Assembly (NCBI GenBank): GCA_040081825.1
Contig: JBEBFT010000001.1
Span: 67,580 to 131,579 of the forward strand
Direction of reading: 5' to 3'
DNA: 64,000 nucleotides
Origin: Candidatus Peribacteraceae bacterium
Lineage (GTDB): Bacteria; Patescibacteriota; Gracilibacteria; Peribacterales; Peribacteraceae
Position numbers and translations under genes: made by a program. Below are positions 38,473 to 48,507 of this stretch, one piece after another. The notes below the pieces were generated by a model. That model did not search any database and was not told where the DNA came from. It saw only the letters and a list, made by a program, of their open reading frames with translations. Position 1 is the first letter of the stretch. The number at the start of each line of letters is the position of its first letter.

Positions 38473-39372
38473 TTACACTTTGGCTTCCAGCTGCCGTTTC
38501 TTCGCTGTTACGCAGTTACGGATCAGGCTGGCTACCGTCATCGGACCCACGCCTCCAGGCACCGGGGTGATCGCGGATGCGACTTCCTGTACAGCATCGA
38601 AGTCGACGTCACCGACCAGTTTGCCGTCCACTCGCGACATGCCGATGTCGATGACGATAGCACCTTTCTTCACCATGTCTTTTGTGAGCAGCTTCGGTTT
38701 CCCGACGGCGGAGAAAATCAGATCAGCGTTCTTCGTGAACGATGCGATCTCTTTGGTCTTACTGTGACACACACTGACTGTTGCTCCTCGGTTCACCAGC
38801 ATGATGGCGAGTGGTTTGCCAACGATATTACTTCTTCCGAGGACGACCGCATTCTTTCCGGCAACATCGATCTTGTAAAACTTCAGAAGCTCGATGACAC
38901 CTGCAGGAGTTGCAGGTGGCAGGTGTTCGAATTCTGCAGACAGGAACATCTTCCCAAGGTTATACGCGCCAAAACCATCGACGTCTTTCTTCGGATCAAT
39001 CGCGCGAATGACATCCGGTACATGCGATTCCAGATGTTTCGGGAGTGGCAGTTGTACGATAAATCCTGTGACATCTGGATCCTGATTCAGCGCGGTTCTC
39101 TGAGCCGCGTGCGCACCCTGGAAGGGTGCGTTGGGATTCCCGATGACTGCCATGAGTTCTTCCAATGTAGTTGTTTCCGGAAGATGTATGTGTTCACTAC
39201 GCATACCAACCGCAGCGCAACTCTCCATCTTCTTTTTGATGTAGCTTGAACTTGCGGGGTCTTCGCCTACTTGTACTACAACCAACTTCGGATCCAGTTT
39301 CTGAATATCGTCCTTCAGCGACGCCAAAAGGGCATCTGCTGCAGGTTTGCCGAGGAGGAGCGTGGCGGACAT
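38473..39372 (-). CDS. folD: Methylenetetrahydrofolate dehydrogenase/cyclohydrolase with an in-frame insert
   Basis: VQLPLP, KDVDG, GRSNIVGKP, TPVPGGVGPMT. Confidence 0.97.
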   Translation of the reverse strand: MSATLLLGKPAADALLASLKDDIQKLDPKLVVVQVGEDPASSSYIKKKMESCAAVGMRSEHIHLPETTTLEELMAVIGNPNAPFQGAHAAQRTALNQDPDVTGFIVQLPLPKHLESHVPDVIRAIDPKKDVDGFGAYNLGKMFLSAEFEHLPPATPAGVIELLKFYKIDVAGKNAVVLGRSNIVGKPLAIMLVNRGATVSVCHSKTKEIASFTKNADLIFSAVGKPKLLTKDMVKKGAIVIDIGMSRVDGKLVGDVDFDAVQEVASAITPVPGGVGPMTVASLIRNCVTAKKRQLEAKV

Positions 39373-39479
39373 GGGCACATGCTACACGAATTTAAAGACA
39401 TCGTCTTTTGTGAATGTGTTAATAAATGCATAATTAATAATTGATAATGAATAATTATCAATTATTCATTGTTAATTAT

Positions 39480-40061
39480 TCATTTCTTCACCGCCTCCCA
39501 CACTCGTTCCGCCGCTTCTTCTAGTCTGCCTGACGTATCCACCACTTTGATCTGCGGATCATCGGTCATTCTCTCGTACAGGTCATAGACCTTCTTTTGA
39601 AATGCCGAGTTTTCGAACACATCCAGCTGCTTCCTGAGCCCGATGCGTTCCAGGCACACCGACAGTGGCGGGAGAGCCAGTACCATCACATCAGGTTCCA
39701 CAAACGGCGTGTTTACCTGCAGGAGCCAGTCCGGATCCAGACCCAGCGCTTCGCCATACACAAGTGTTGAAATAACATATCGATCCGAGATCACGGTCTT
39801 ACCAGCTGCCAGCGCTGGCTTGATCACTTCCTGAATATGCAGCGCACGATCAGCACAAAATAGGAGCTGCAACGCAGCGGGGGAGGGGATGGTCTTCCCT
39901 TTTAGCTGCTCCCGAATAAACTTACCAATAGATGAGTCTGTTGGTTCGGCAGTCAGCAGCACGTCGTGTCCCTCTTTACGCAGTCTCTCACCCAGCAATT
40001 TCGCGTGCGTGGTTGTACCGCTGCCGTCAGGTCCTTCGAGGACGATGAATCTGCCAGTCAT
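39480..40061 (-). CDS. tmk: Thymidylate kinase
   Basis: EGPDGSGTTT P-loop variant, LLFCADR, VISDRY. Confidence 0.93.
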   Translation of the reverse strand: MTGRFIVLEGPDGSGTTTHAKLLGERLRKEGHDVLLTAEPTDSSIGKFIREQLKGKTIPSPAALQLLFCADRALHIQEVIKPALAAGKTVISDRYVISTLVYGEALGLDPDWLLQVNTPFVEPDVMVLALPPLSVCLERIGLRKQLDVFENSAFQKKVYDLYERMTDDPQIKVVDTSGRLEEAAERVWEAVKK

Positions 40062-40117
40062 ACATGAAAGTGTAGCACATCCATCTTACGATTTAGTCTC
40101 AGAAATCGTTGGAGCTC

Positions 40118-40705
40118 TTACAAGTCAGAAGCACCACCCATTCCTGCAGCGTCAGGCGTGCATGCCCTTGTCATGGTGCAGAGAATCTCAACATTACAAC
40201 GAGCACCTGTTCGGTTATTTCCGGCCTGATCGATGTCTTTGACTTTGGTGCAGATCTTGCTTGTAACTTCATAAGAAGCTACCAGATCGATTCCTGTACA
40301 ACCTACATCACATGGCTTCGGGGTTTTGATTTTCGGTGCACAGTCATTGCCAGCATTTTCGATAGCTACCTCTGTTGCTTTATCTTTGCAGGATTCGCTG
40401 TAATGGTTATTTGCACAGTACCAGAGACCCCAACCAGCTCCCTTGGCAGTAGTTTTCTTATCTTCACATGAGATTGCGCTCGATAGAGAAGAAGAATAAA
40501 TAGAAGACGGACACATGCTGCAAATATTCAGGATGCTGTCCCAACATAAATCATGAGCACAAGCAGAATCGCCTATTTCACCTCTGAGTGTCGTTTCGTT
40601 AGTCGGCATTTGGCTGACAACAACCCCAGCGATCGCAAGCATCGAGATACCAACGACGACTCCAAGATGATTTTTCATAAGAGAGGAAGAAAGTAACGAT
40701 AGCAT
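40118..40705 (-). CDS. Cys-rich exported hypothetical protein
   Basis: N-terminal TM followed by many cysteines. Confidence 0.6.
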   Translation of the reverse strand: MLSLLSSSLMKNHLGVVVGISMLAIAGVVVSQMPTNETTLRGEIGDSACAHDLCWDSILNICSMCPSSIYSSSLSSAISCEDKKTTAKGAGWGLWYCANNHYSESCKDKATEVAIENAGNDCAPKIKTPKPCDVGCTGIDLVASYEVTSKICTKVKDIDQAGNNRTGARCNVEILCTMTRACTPDAAGMGGASDL

Positions 40706-40754
40706 GAACTATTTTTACTCCAGTGCAATTGACGGAAGAAAAAAATGACACTCT

Positions 40755-40946
40755 TTAAATCTTACTCGCCAAATCGTTCAGCGTGTGCGTCAGGCTCTTG
40801 ATCGCTCCCTTCACCGGCATTTCCTTGAGCGAGTAGGTGACCTGTGTGTTCGTGGGATCAGTTTGAAGTCCGAGAACGATAAAACCCGGCATGTCGATCG
40901 ATTTGAGGAATTCTTCGCAGAGTTTCTGGATGTGGGCGGTGTCCAT
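40755..40946 (-). CDS. Small hypothetical protein downstream of groL
   Basis: 63-aa ORF with codon usage like the neighbouring groL. Confidence 0.6.
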   Translation of the reverse strand: MDTAHIQKLCEEFLKSIDMPGFIVLGLQTDPTNTQVTYSLKEMPVKGAIKSLTHTLNDLASKI

Positions 40947-41033
40947 AGATGAAGTGGGTAGTGAATAGTGGTTAGTGGCTAGTGAAGCAGTACTTGATCG
41001 TACTAACCACTAGCCACTAACTTCTAGCTTCTA

Positions 41034-42668
41034 TTAATAGTCCATTCCACCCATACCTCCTGGCATGGCTGGTGCATCCTTCTCCTTCTTCGGTGCATCG
41101 ACGATGCCGACTTCCACCGTCAGGAACATGGCTGCCACAGACGCTGCATTCTGGAGAGCGGAGCGTGTCACTTTCTTAGGATCGATGACGCCAGACTTCA
41201 CCAGATCTTCCACAGTTTCCGTTACGACGTTATATCCCATCGATTGGCTCGCAGCTTTCTTCACCTGATCCACGATGACCGATCCTTCCAGTCCAGCGTT
41301 GGATGCAATGTTCTTGAGTGGGTAGACGAGTGACATCTTCACGATATCGATACCGATCTGCTCGTCTTCATTCGCACCCTTCAGTTTCTCGAGTGACTTG
41401 AGCGCATGGATGAGTGCGGCACCGCCACCAGCGACGATGCCTTCTTCAGCAGCTGCGCGGGTTGCAGAGAGCGCGTCCTCGACACGATGCTGCAGTTCCT
41501 TCTGTTCGACTTCTGTTGCTGCACCGACTTTGATGACGGCAACACCTCCGCTCAGTTTCGCCATGCGTTCCTGCAGCTTCTCGCGGTCGAACTCGGACTT
41601 GGTATTGTCGATTGCATTTTTGATCTCTTCCACGCGTGCTTCGATCTCCTTCTTCTTCCCGGCACCGTCGACGATCAAAGTGTTATCCTTGGTGACGACT
41701 ACTTTGCCAGCACGACCCAGATCCTCGAGCTTGGTGTTCTCGAGCTTCAGCCCCACTTCTTCGCTGATCACGCGTCCGCCGGTCAGGATCGCGATGTCCT
41801 TCAGCATTTCCTTGCGACGGTCGCCGAAGGCAGGAGCCTTCACTGAGACTGCGCTGAACGTGCCGCGGAGTTTATTGACAACCAATGTCGCGAGCGCTTC
41901 TCCATCGATGCTCTCTGCGATGATGACGATCTCTTTCTTTCCGGTCTGTGCTAGCTGCTCTAGGATCGGCAGTATTTCCTGAATCGAACTGATCTTCTTA
42001 TCCGTGATCAGAATGTGTGGGTTCGTGTACACCGCTTCCATCCGAGCTGGATCAGTCACAAAGTAGGCGGAGATGTAACCCGAGTCGAACTGCATTCCTT
42101 CGACGTATTCCTTTTCCATACCCATGGTCTGACCCGCCTCTACCGTGACGACACCGTCAGAGCCGACCTGATCCATGACTTCTGCGATGATGCCGCCGAC
42201 AGTCGGATCTTGTGCCGAAATCGTTGCGACTGCTGCAAACTCTTCTTTGGTTGAGATATCTTTCTTCTGCTTCTCCAAATCAGCAACAACTGCTTCGACT
42301 GCTTTCATCATGCCCGTTTTCATACTGATGGCGTTGGCTCCCGCTGTCAGGAACTTGAGCCCCTCCGAGATCATGCCTTCCGCGAGCACTGTCGCAGTCG
42401 TGGTCCCGTCACCAGCAGCATCATTCGTCTTTGTCGCTGCTTCCTTCACGAGCTGTGCGCCCATGTTTTCCCATGCATCTTCCAGCTCGATTTCCTTCGC
42501 GACCGTGACACCGTCTTTCGTGACTGTGGGTCCGCCGTAGCTTTTGGCAATCAGCGCGTTTCTGCCATTTGGACCCATCGTGGTGCGGACAGCATCTGCG
42601 AGCTTTTTGACACCTTTGAAGATTTTCTGGCGAGCGTCGTCACCGAAGGAGAGAAGCTTGGAGGACAT
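41034..42668 (-). CDS. groL: Chaperonin GroEL
   Basis: [25 protein letters not shown] tail. Confidence 0.99.
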   Translation of the reverse strand: MSSKLLSFGDDARQKIFKGVKKLADAVRTTMGPNGRNALIAKSYGGPTVTKDGVTVAKEIELEDAWENMGAQLVKEAATKTNDAAGDGTTTATVLAEGMISEGLKFLTAGANAISMKTGMMKAVEAVVADLEKQKKDISTKEEFAAVATISAQDPTVGGIIAEVMDQVGSDGVVTVEAGQTMGMEKEYVEGMQFDSGYISAYFVTDPARMEAVYTNPHILITDKKISSIQEILPILEQLAQTGKKEIVIIAESIDGEALATLVVNKLRGTFSAVSVKAPAFGDRRKEMLKDIAILTGGRVISEEVGLKLENTKLEDLGRAGKVVVTKDNTLIVDGAGKKKEIEARVEEIKNAIDNTKSEFDREKLQERMAKLSGGVAVIKVGAATEVEQKELQHRVEDALSATRAAAEEGIVAGGGAALIHALKSLEKLKGANEDEQIGIDIVKMSLVYPLKNIASNAGLEGSVIVDQVKKAASQSMGYNVVTETVEDLVKSGVIDPKKVTRSALQNAASVAAMFLTVEVGIVDAPKKEKDAPAMPGGMGGMDY

Positions 42669-42701
42669 AAGAGGAAAGGGGAAAGCGGGTAGCGAGTAGT
42701 A

Positions 42702-43040
42702 TTATTGTACAATTCCGAGCACTGAATCGAGGTGCAGGATTTTGACTTCGATGTCGGTGCCGGCTTTCGTTTTCAGTTTCACATCGTCACCAGAGTACTT
42801 ACCGAAGAGGACAACATCGCCGACTTTCAAAAACTCAGACGGATTCACACTGTCCTTACCGATGCCGCCTTTTCCAACTGCGATGACCTTTCCTTCCTGC
42901 GGTTTCTCTTTACTTGCGGTGTCTGGAATCACAATGCCGGAGGCAGAGACCTGCTCCTTTTCCATTGGCTGAACAACGACGCGATCACCAATTGGTTGAA
43001 TCGTGACGGCGAGCTCTGAAGTTACATCTTTTGCTGACAT
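42702..43040 (-). CDS. groS: Co-chaperonin GroES
   Basis: PIGDRVVV, SGIVIPD, EKPQEG, VGDVVLFGKYSG. Confidence 0.97.
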   Translation of the reverse strand: MSAKDVTSELAVTIQPIGDRVVVQPMEKEQVSASGIVIPDTASKEKPQEGKVIAVGKGGIGKDSVNPSEFLKVGDVVLFGKYSGDDVKLKTKAGTDIEVKILHLDSVLGIVQ

Positions 43041-43099
43041 AAGAGAGAGAATGAATAATTAAGAATGAAGAATGAAGAATATATCCGATACTCTCATTC

Positions 43100-43126
43100 T
43101 TAGCAGTCGTGAGTCTAGAGTGCTAA
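43100..43126 (-). promoter_or_regulatory. CIRCE operator (HrcA site) upstream of groESL
   Basis: Minus strand TTAGCACTC-N9-GACTGCTAA, one mismatch to TTAGCACTC-N9-GAGTGCTAA. Confidence 0.9.
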
Positions 43127-43136
43127 CTTAGTACAG

Positions 43137-43490
43137 TCAAGAGTCCCTAGTGGCGGGACGTAGGATTTGGTCCAGTTGCTCCAATGCAGCGCCTGTGATC
43201 TGATGAATGTTGCCGTCACTTATGTACCTTAGCGCCTCTTCTTCAGAGATCTTTTCTATTCCTCTGAGCTCACGTCCCTTCATTGGTTTTGTTCTGATAT
43301 AGATGCCATCAGCGTCACGCACACCAGACCAGACTGCAGGGAATACAGTTGCAACGAACATTTTCAACTCCTGAGAGTAATCGAGAATCTTTACGTTCGT
43401 ACGGAAAACTCCACCTCGTCTTTTCCATACCTCACCGCGCTCTGTTGCAACGGCTAAGATCTCGACCAGTTCGCGGGAAATGTTTTCCAT
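43137..43490 (-). CDS. Hypothetical protein
   Basis: 117-aa ORF. Confidence 0.5.
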   Translation of the reverse strand: MENISRELVEILAVATERGEVWKRRGGVFRTNVKILDYSQELKMFVATVFPAVWSGVRDADGIYIRTKPMKGRELRGIEKISEEEALRYISDGNIHQITGAALEQLDQILRPATRDS

Positions 43491-43541
43491 GAGCGGAAAA
43501 TCCTACATCTCTTCGCGATGATATGCAACCCTAACATGGGC

Positions 43542-43844
43542 TTACTGCAGCTTAGAAACACTGGTTCCATTCACAGAAACGATCGATGTCATGTCGTAAC
43601 ACTTGAACCAGGGACTATCTGGGGGCAGATCTTTCATATTTGCTTCGGCGTTCTTGGCCGCATCCTTCGACTCCCACCGCACGATGTCCATGTATCCTTT
43701 CTCTTCTCCGAGCAAATTGATTTCCCAGGAGATGAATCCAGGCTGCTTGCTCATCCACTGTGCGTGCACATCTTTCGCGGCAGCCTGAAGCATGGCTTCC
43801 GTGACGCCACTTGCCAGTTTGTACTGGATGAAATCGGTGTACAT
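43542..43844 (-). CDS. ABM/dimeric alpha-beta barrel family protein (start re-called at MYTDF)
   Basis: KQPGFISWE...DIVRWESKDAA; the longer ORF call runs through a tRNA. Confidence 0.7.
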   Translation of the reverse strand: MYTDFIQYKLASGVTEAMLQAAAKDVHAQWMSKQPGFISWEINLLGEEKGYMDIVRWESKDAAKNAEANMKDLPPDSPWFKCYDMTSIVSVNGTSVSKLQ

Positions 43845-43871
43845 AGAGTGAGTGTAGGGAGATGTCATGCC

Positions 43872-43958
43872 TGGTGCCGACGGAGAGAGTCGAACTCTCA
43901 CAACCTTACGGATACACGCTCCTGAAGCGTGCGCGTCTACCAATTCCGCCACGTCGGC
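43872..43958 (-). tRNA. tRNA-Leu(CAG)
   Basis: GCCGACG/CGTCGGC acceptor stem, TTCAGGA loop, variable arm, CCA. Confidence 0.96.
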
Positions 43959-44055
43959 AAGCCGCGCAATCCTAACACAGGACATCGCACTTCCGCACCT
44001 CGACTTTTCCTCCATCGATCTTCAGTACGTATCTACGCTAGAATCGATCATACGT

Positions 44056-45957
44056 ATGAGAAACCTCTTCTTTATTGCCTCACCGGTGACGGCGGGGATT
44101 CTGTTTCTCCTCTCCTTCCTCATTCTCTGGAAGGGGGGAAAGTCCGTCGATGCTACATGGCTTTTCGCACTCGCAGCTTCGACTGCAGGGTTGCTACAGA
44201 TCGTGCGTGCGCCAACACGCGCAGTACATCCTGCCGTGTGGTGGAGTGCCTTTGCATTCGTGTTGCTCACTATCCTGAGTTACGTGATGACCGGTACGAG
44301 AAATTATGGATTGGATGAAGTGATGCACACAGTATCGCTCTTCATTCTCTTTCAGTGGGTAGTGACACTACAGTCCGAGCGCACGGAACGCAGGATCGAA
44401 CGCGTGATCGGCGCGACGACACTCCTCGCCATTACTGTTGGTATAGCTGTGTACATGCTGCAGCCGGTCAGCCGATTTGTAGGAACGTTTTTCGATTATC
44501 GGTTTCACACCGATTACTGGCCGAATGCATGGGCCGAGTTCTTACTTCTCTCAGTTCCGATTCTTTTTGCGATCGTACTACGACGCGCACGGACGCCTCG
44601 TGATCAGCACATCGCAGGATTGGTCCTAGGAATTGCTTTGGCCTCTCTCTTTCTCAGTTACTCTCGCGGGGCGGTTCTCTGCTTTATCGCGCAGCTTCTG
44701 GTATTCGTTCTTTTGGTTCTTTGGCGGAGGCGCGCGTCCTTCTCTCTTCGGTCCGCAGTTTCGACATCGGTCATTATGCTCGCGAGCTCGTTCGTTGTTT
44801 TCTTTGGCATCAATCAGATTCGGGCTCAGATCTATCACGTCGAGTCCGTTGTCTCCAAAGTGACGTTCACTGCAGATGAGGGGACGTCTTCAGTCAGCGA
44901 GCGCTCGTCTTTCTGGTCACAGTCGTTTCAGTTGGCACTCTCTCGCCCGATTCTTGGACACGGGCCCTACAGTTTCCGTTTCGTACAACCGGGCATCCAG
45001 TCTGAGGTGCTCGCGACATCCGATCATCCGCATAACGTGCTGCTCAAGTATGCGTCGGAGCGTGGCATTCCTGCTGCAGTCGCCTTCGTACTTTTCCTTC
45101 TACTGATTGGGCTCGCGTATCTGAGGCGTACTACTCACTCGTGGTTTTCATTACTTGCCGGGATCGGTGTCTTTGGTGTGCTTCTGCATAATATGATCGA
45201 TTTCAATCTGCAGTTTCTGGGGATCTCGTTTCCGCTTTTCGTCGTCCTTGGACTGCTCTGTCCTGTGTCTCTGCACCTTTCCACTTTTCGTTTCCAGCGA
45301 ATCGTCACCGTTCTCCTTTCCATTCTTCTTCTCATTGTCACAGTGCGAGAAGCGTACGCACTCTGGCAGACGTCTCAGGCGCGTCACGCCTCGGCAGCAG
45401 GGGATAAGGCAACTGCAATTGAACATTTCGATTCCGTCGAGTGGGCGATGTTCTCTCGTGATGATTGGCTGACCAGAAGCATCCTTGCACTCGAGCGCAA
45501 AGACTATCTGACAGCCGAGGCAAACGCTCAGCGCTACATCGTTCTGAATCAGAGTGACGCACGCGGTTTTAGGCTACTTGGCGACATCTACCTCGCATGG
45601 GGACAGCGTGAGGATGCACTGCGCGCGTATGAAAAGGCGTACAACCGTTCGTCACGCAATGACCTCGGTATCGCTCGTGGCTACGCCACACTTCTTGCCG
45701 AGAAGACGGATGATCTGGATCGGCTCCGCGCAGAATTCGATCATCTTCTTATCGACTTCGAAAAAGCGATTCTCAGAAACTCGCACTTTGTCGCACTCAG
45801 CAAAAACGTCGAGGAATTCGATGCGCTGACAAGACTCCTCGCACGTCTCTATCCAGAGGATCGCGACATCTATGCCGCTATGCGGGATCGTGTAGGCAAA
45901 CACGCAGAAGAAGAGCGCAGCAAGTATCGTGCCAGGCCAACTGGTTTCCTTTGGTAG
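44056..45957 (+). CDS. O-antigen ligase-like membrane protein with C-terminal TPR region
   Basis: SYSRGA, ERSSFW, PILGHG, HPHNVLL motifs; TPR-like LGDIYLAWGQREDALRAYEKA. Confidence 0.8.
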   Translation: MRNLFFIASPVTAGILFLLSFLILWKGGKSVDATWLFALAASTAGLLQIVRAPTRAVHPAVWWSAFAFVLLTILSYVMTGTRNYGLDEVMHTVSLFILFQWVVTLQSERTERRIERVIGATTLLAITVGIAVYMLQPVSRFVGTFFDYRFHTDYWPNAWAEFLLLSVPILFAIVLRRARTPRDQHIAGLVLGIALASLFLSYSRGAVLCFIAQLLVFVLLVLWRRRASFSLRSAVSTSVIMLASSFVVFFGINQIRAQIYHVESVVSKVTFTADEGTSSVSERSSFWSQSFQLALSRPILGHGPYSFRFVQPGIQSEVLATSDHPHNVLLKYASERGIPAAVAFVLFLLLIGLAYLRRTTHSWFSLLAGIGVFGVLLHNMIDFNLQFLGISFPLFVVLGLLCPVSLHLSTFRFQRIVTVLLSILLLIVTVREAYALWQTSQARHASAAGDKATAIEHFDSVEWAMFSRDDWLTRSILALERKDYLTAEANAQRYIVLNQSDARGFRLLGDIYLAWGQREDALRAYEKAYNRSSRNDLGIARGYATLLAEKTDDLDRLRAEFDHLLIDFEKAILRNSHFVALSKNVEEFDALTRLLARLYPEDRDIYAAMRDRVGKHAEEERSKYRARPTGFLW

Positions 45958-46007
45958 GAAGTAAAGATGTAACGCTGCACGATTATTTTCGTCTATACTC
46001 AGTGCAT

Positions 46008-46475
46008 ATGCGTACACCACTTATTCTTCTCGTACTTTCCTTACTTATTTCTGCTTGCGGCGAACCCGCTCCAGTTTCGAGCGGCCGCGAAAAGGTAGTT
46101 GATCCAGAGCACGGAAAAGAAGTTGTGTTTATGTACGGAGCGGTCGAGGGTGTGAGCGGTACGAACGCGAATGGTGTCGCGTTCTTGAGTGTCTTTGCAG
46201 ATGGCGTCTCGCGAGCAACGGCTAACGTCAATATCGCACTGCCCGAAGAAGGCAATCGTTACTTCGTTACTCTTTCGGATCAGTCAAACATGACTGTTGA
46301 CTGCGGGTATTTGAAGAGTGTCCTTGGTGACGTGCGACATGCTGTTCAATGTGACATTCCTCAAGATCTTCGCGAGTACACATCGATTAACGTACTTCTC
46401 GAACAAGCTGAGTTGCTCGTGCTTGTGGCACAGGCGACCGTGAAGGTTCCGAAGCCGAGTGTCACCGTACAGTGA
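46008..46475 (+). CDS. Lipoprotein
   Basis: Lipobox LISAC. Confidence 0.7.
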   Translation: MRTPLILLVLSLLISACGEPAPVSSGREKVVDPEHGKEVVFMYGAVEGVSGTNANGVAFLSVFADGVSRATANVNIALPEEGNRYFVTLSDQSNMTVDCGYLKSVLGDVRHAVQCDIPQDLREYTSINVLLEQAELLVLVAQATVKVPKPSVTVQ

Positions 46476-46486
46476 CAGGCAACTCA

Positions 46487-46609
46487 CTAGAGTGAGACTG
46501 CTGGCAGGGTCGTCACCATAGCCACGGTGACGAGTACGATCAGTGCCACGTGCATCAGCACGAGTGGCATGCTGGCACTGCTCCTGCGGCGGGAAGGGAG
46601 GATGTGCAT
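46487..46609 (-). CDS. Possible small membrane peptide (40 aa)
   Basis: MHILPSRRRSSASMPLVLMHVALIVLVTVAMVTTLPAVSL: basic N-terminus plus TM. Confidence 0.35.
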   Translation of the reverse strand: MHILPSRRRSSASMPLVLMHVALIVLVTVAMVTTLPAVSL

Positions 46610-46724
46610 AGACAAAAAGGCGGCGAGTCTACCTATGGCAAGGAAACTGTCCAGGAATATGAGCAAATAAGTTATTCAACTAAAAATGATATTGGCTTCT
46701 ATTAGCCAAAGTTAGTGCATCATG

Positions 46725-47114
46725 CTAGAAAGATTGCAGTATCGATAGTGCCTCGTTTCTTCTCTCCCACGGCACAAATAAGTGGTCGTGATAGTAGGCG
46801 GATACTGCATTGACGGAGATTCCAGCGTTTGCCAATTCTCTTGTCATCGCAGCGAGAAAACCAACAGCCTGCAGATCAGAATGAACGTTGAGCGTGATTT
46901 TTGCCCAGATGGGTTCGCTCCCGCTGGTCAGTGTCTGCGCGAGTTTCTTTTTTGTGATGACCGTCACACCCTCGACTTCTTTGAATACCATTGTTGCGCT
47001 CGACTCTACTTCACTGCCGAAACCGTGATCAGAGGTCAGGAAAACATATTCATCAGCATCCAACTCTGCCTGCATGTTTTTGAGTAGTATTTCTATATTG
47101 TTTTCTCCTGACAT
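46725..47114 (-). CDS. ACT-domain protein
   Basis: MSGE..LLKNM, ITLNVHSDLQAVGF, SAYYHDHLFVP. Confidence 0.85.
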   Translation of the reverse strand: MSGENNIEILLKNMQAELDADEYVFLTSDHGFGSEVESSATMVFKEVEGVTVITKKKLAQTLTSGSEPIWAKITLNVHSDLQAVGFLAAMTRELANAGISVNAVSAYYHDHLFVPWERRNEALSILQSF

Positions 47115-47151
47115 ATGAGAGTGGGAAGCAAATGGTCGAAAAAACAGCAGC

Positions 47152-47769
47152 TTACTTCTTCAGATACTGGATCGCGTAGTAGATTGCACCTGCGCAGATG
47201 AGATGCCAGATCCAATGCGTACCGTAAGAGAAAATAGGAGAATTGCAGAGGACTTGGTCGAGTTGCCTTATGCCATAGCCGACCGAAAACAGAATGAATA
47301 CAGTAAATAGTTGCGTAGTTCGCTGCTTCTTTGCGATCCACTGGAGGACTACTAATCCGAGCAGTGTGAGAATAATGGAAAAATAAATCTCAGAGCAGCC
47401 TGGGTCGGCGAGTACGAAATGATACTCAAGAATAGAGTAGATGATTCCGATGACGAGAAATCCTACGATCGGCGCATAAGCGTGATATCTTTTAAATATA
47501 AGATACGTTACCAGGAGCAAGAGAAAGGCAAGTGGAGCAGTATCGGCATAATAGGTCGGTATACTTCGAAACGTGTGCCAAGCAAAAGAGCCTAAACCGA
47601 GGAGAAGCGTAAGAACTCCGACTGGAAGTAATTCTATAGTTCGGTGACGTCGAATAATGTACAGAGCGACGAGAATGAAACCAAGATTCGAAATAGCATT
47701 CAGTGGCTCCATGCCAGAGCTCAGCATTGGTTCACAGTACGCCCGTAGCGAGAGAATAGAATTCGACAT
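47152..47769 (-). CDS. Ceramidase-like (CREST superfamily) membrane hydrolase
   Basis: YCE, EPLNAISN, SFAWH, THWIWH. Confidence 0.8.
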   Translation of the reverse strand: MSNSILSLRAYCEPMLSSGMEPLNAISNLGFILVALYIIRRHRTIELLPVGVLTLLLGLGSFAWHTFRSIPTYYADTAPLAFLLLLVTYLIFKRYHAYAPIVGFLVIGIIYSILEYHFVLADPGCSEIYFSIILTLLGLVVLQWIAKKQRTTQLFTVFILFSVGYGIRQLDQVLCNSPIFSYGTHWIWHLICAGAIYYAIQYLKK

Positions 47770-47809
47770 GTAATAGTCTGAACTGTCTTGGAGCGAAAGG
47801 GAGAACAGC

Positions 47810-47878
47810 CTATTTTAGGTACTGGATCGCGTAGTAGATTACACCTGCGCAGATGAGGTGCCAGATCCAGTGCGTACC
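47810..47878 (-). pseudogene. Orphan duplicate of the ceramidase gene 3' end
   Basis: Encodes GTHWIWHLICAGVIYYAIQYLK*; matches 47155-47223. Confidence 0.85.
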
Positions 47879-47910
47879 AGAAAAAATTACGAACGATATT
47901 TCTTCGTTGC

Positions 47911-48345
47911 TTATTCTTTTTGCCGCCATCGTTCTGGTACTAGTAGCCCCAGTATCTCTCGGTGTTGTTTTGTTCCTTGCATCTCAATTAGTTGAGACAT
48001 CGCAAGTCCGTCGATCTCTGGCCTTCCAAGAAGATCAATCATTTTACCTCTCTCTCCCCAAAGAATTCTAAACACCGATAGATCATACTGCGACCTCTCA
48101 AAAAGTTTAGCCATAATACAGAAAAGGACATACTTAGCTTCCCACTCCTCTTGTGAAGTATGCTCACCGTTGATAATTATTCCTGTTGCCGAATCCTGAG
48201 GTATACCAAGTATGTCTGCCCAAAATTTCAGCTTCTGAGGGACCGTCATTACTTGGAATTTACGCCTATCGAACTCGACAGCCGTGTGTACTGCACCCGA
48301 TTCGGGTGCTTTTGTTCCAGCTTTGTCGGTATGGTCTAGAGTCAT
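47911..48345 (-). CDS. Hypothetical protein
   Basis: 144-aa ORF in an AT-richer patch. Confidence 0.5.
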   Translation of the reverse strand: MTLDHTDKAGTKAPESGAVHTAVEFDRRKFQVMTVPQKLKFWADILGIPQDSATGIIINGEHTSQEEWEAKYVLFCIMAKLFERSQYDLSVFRILWGERGKMIDLLGRPEIDGLAMSQLIEMQGTKQHREILGLLVPERWRQKE

Positions 48346-48507
48346 AGTTAGTAAACAAATGTAGTATTTTATTTTTATTGTGTCAAAGCTATTCTTAGTG
48401 GGTATTTAATCAACTACATGAGCATTGATGATGATAGTATTCGACGTATGTCTCCCGAATATCGCGAATCTGGGGGCATCTGACTTTTCCTTGCTACACT
48501 GCTGCCC

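Noticed and set aside
39436-39466. Fur box between tmk and folD
   Set aside because: The TGATAAT/ATTATCA arms are 5 nt apart rather than 1, and the tract is better explained as an inverted heptamer repeat.
43867-44055. N-terminal extensions of ORFs 43867-45957 and 43542-44015
   Set aside because: They run through tRNA-Leu(CAG); starts were re-called at 44056 and 43844.
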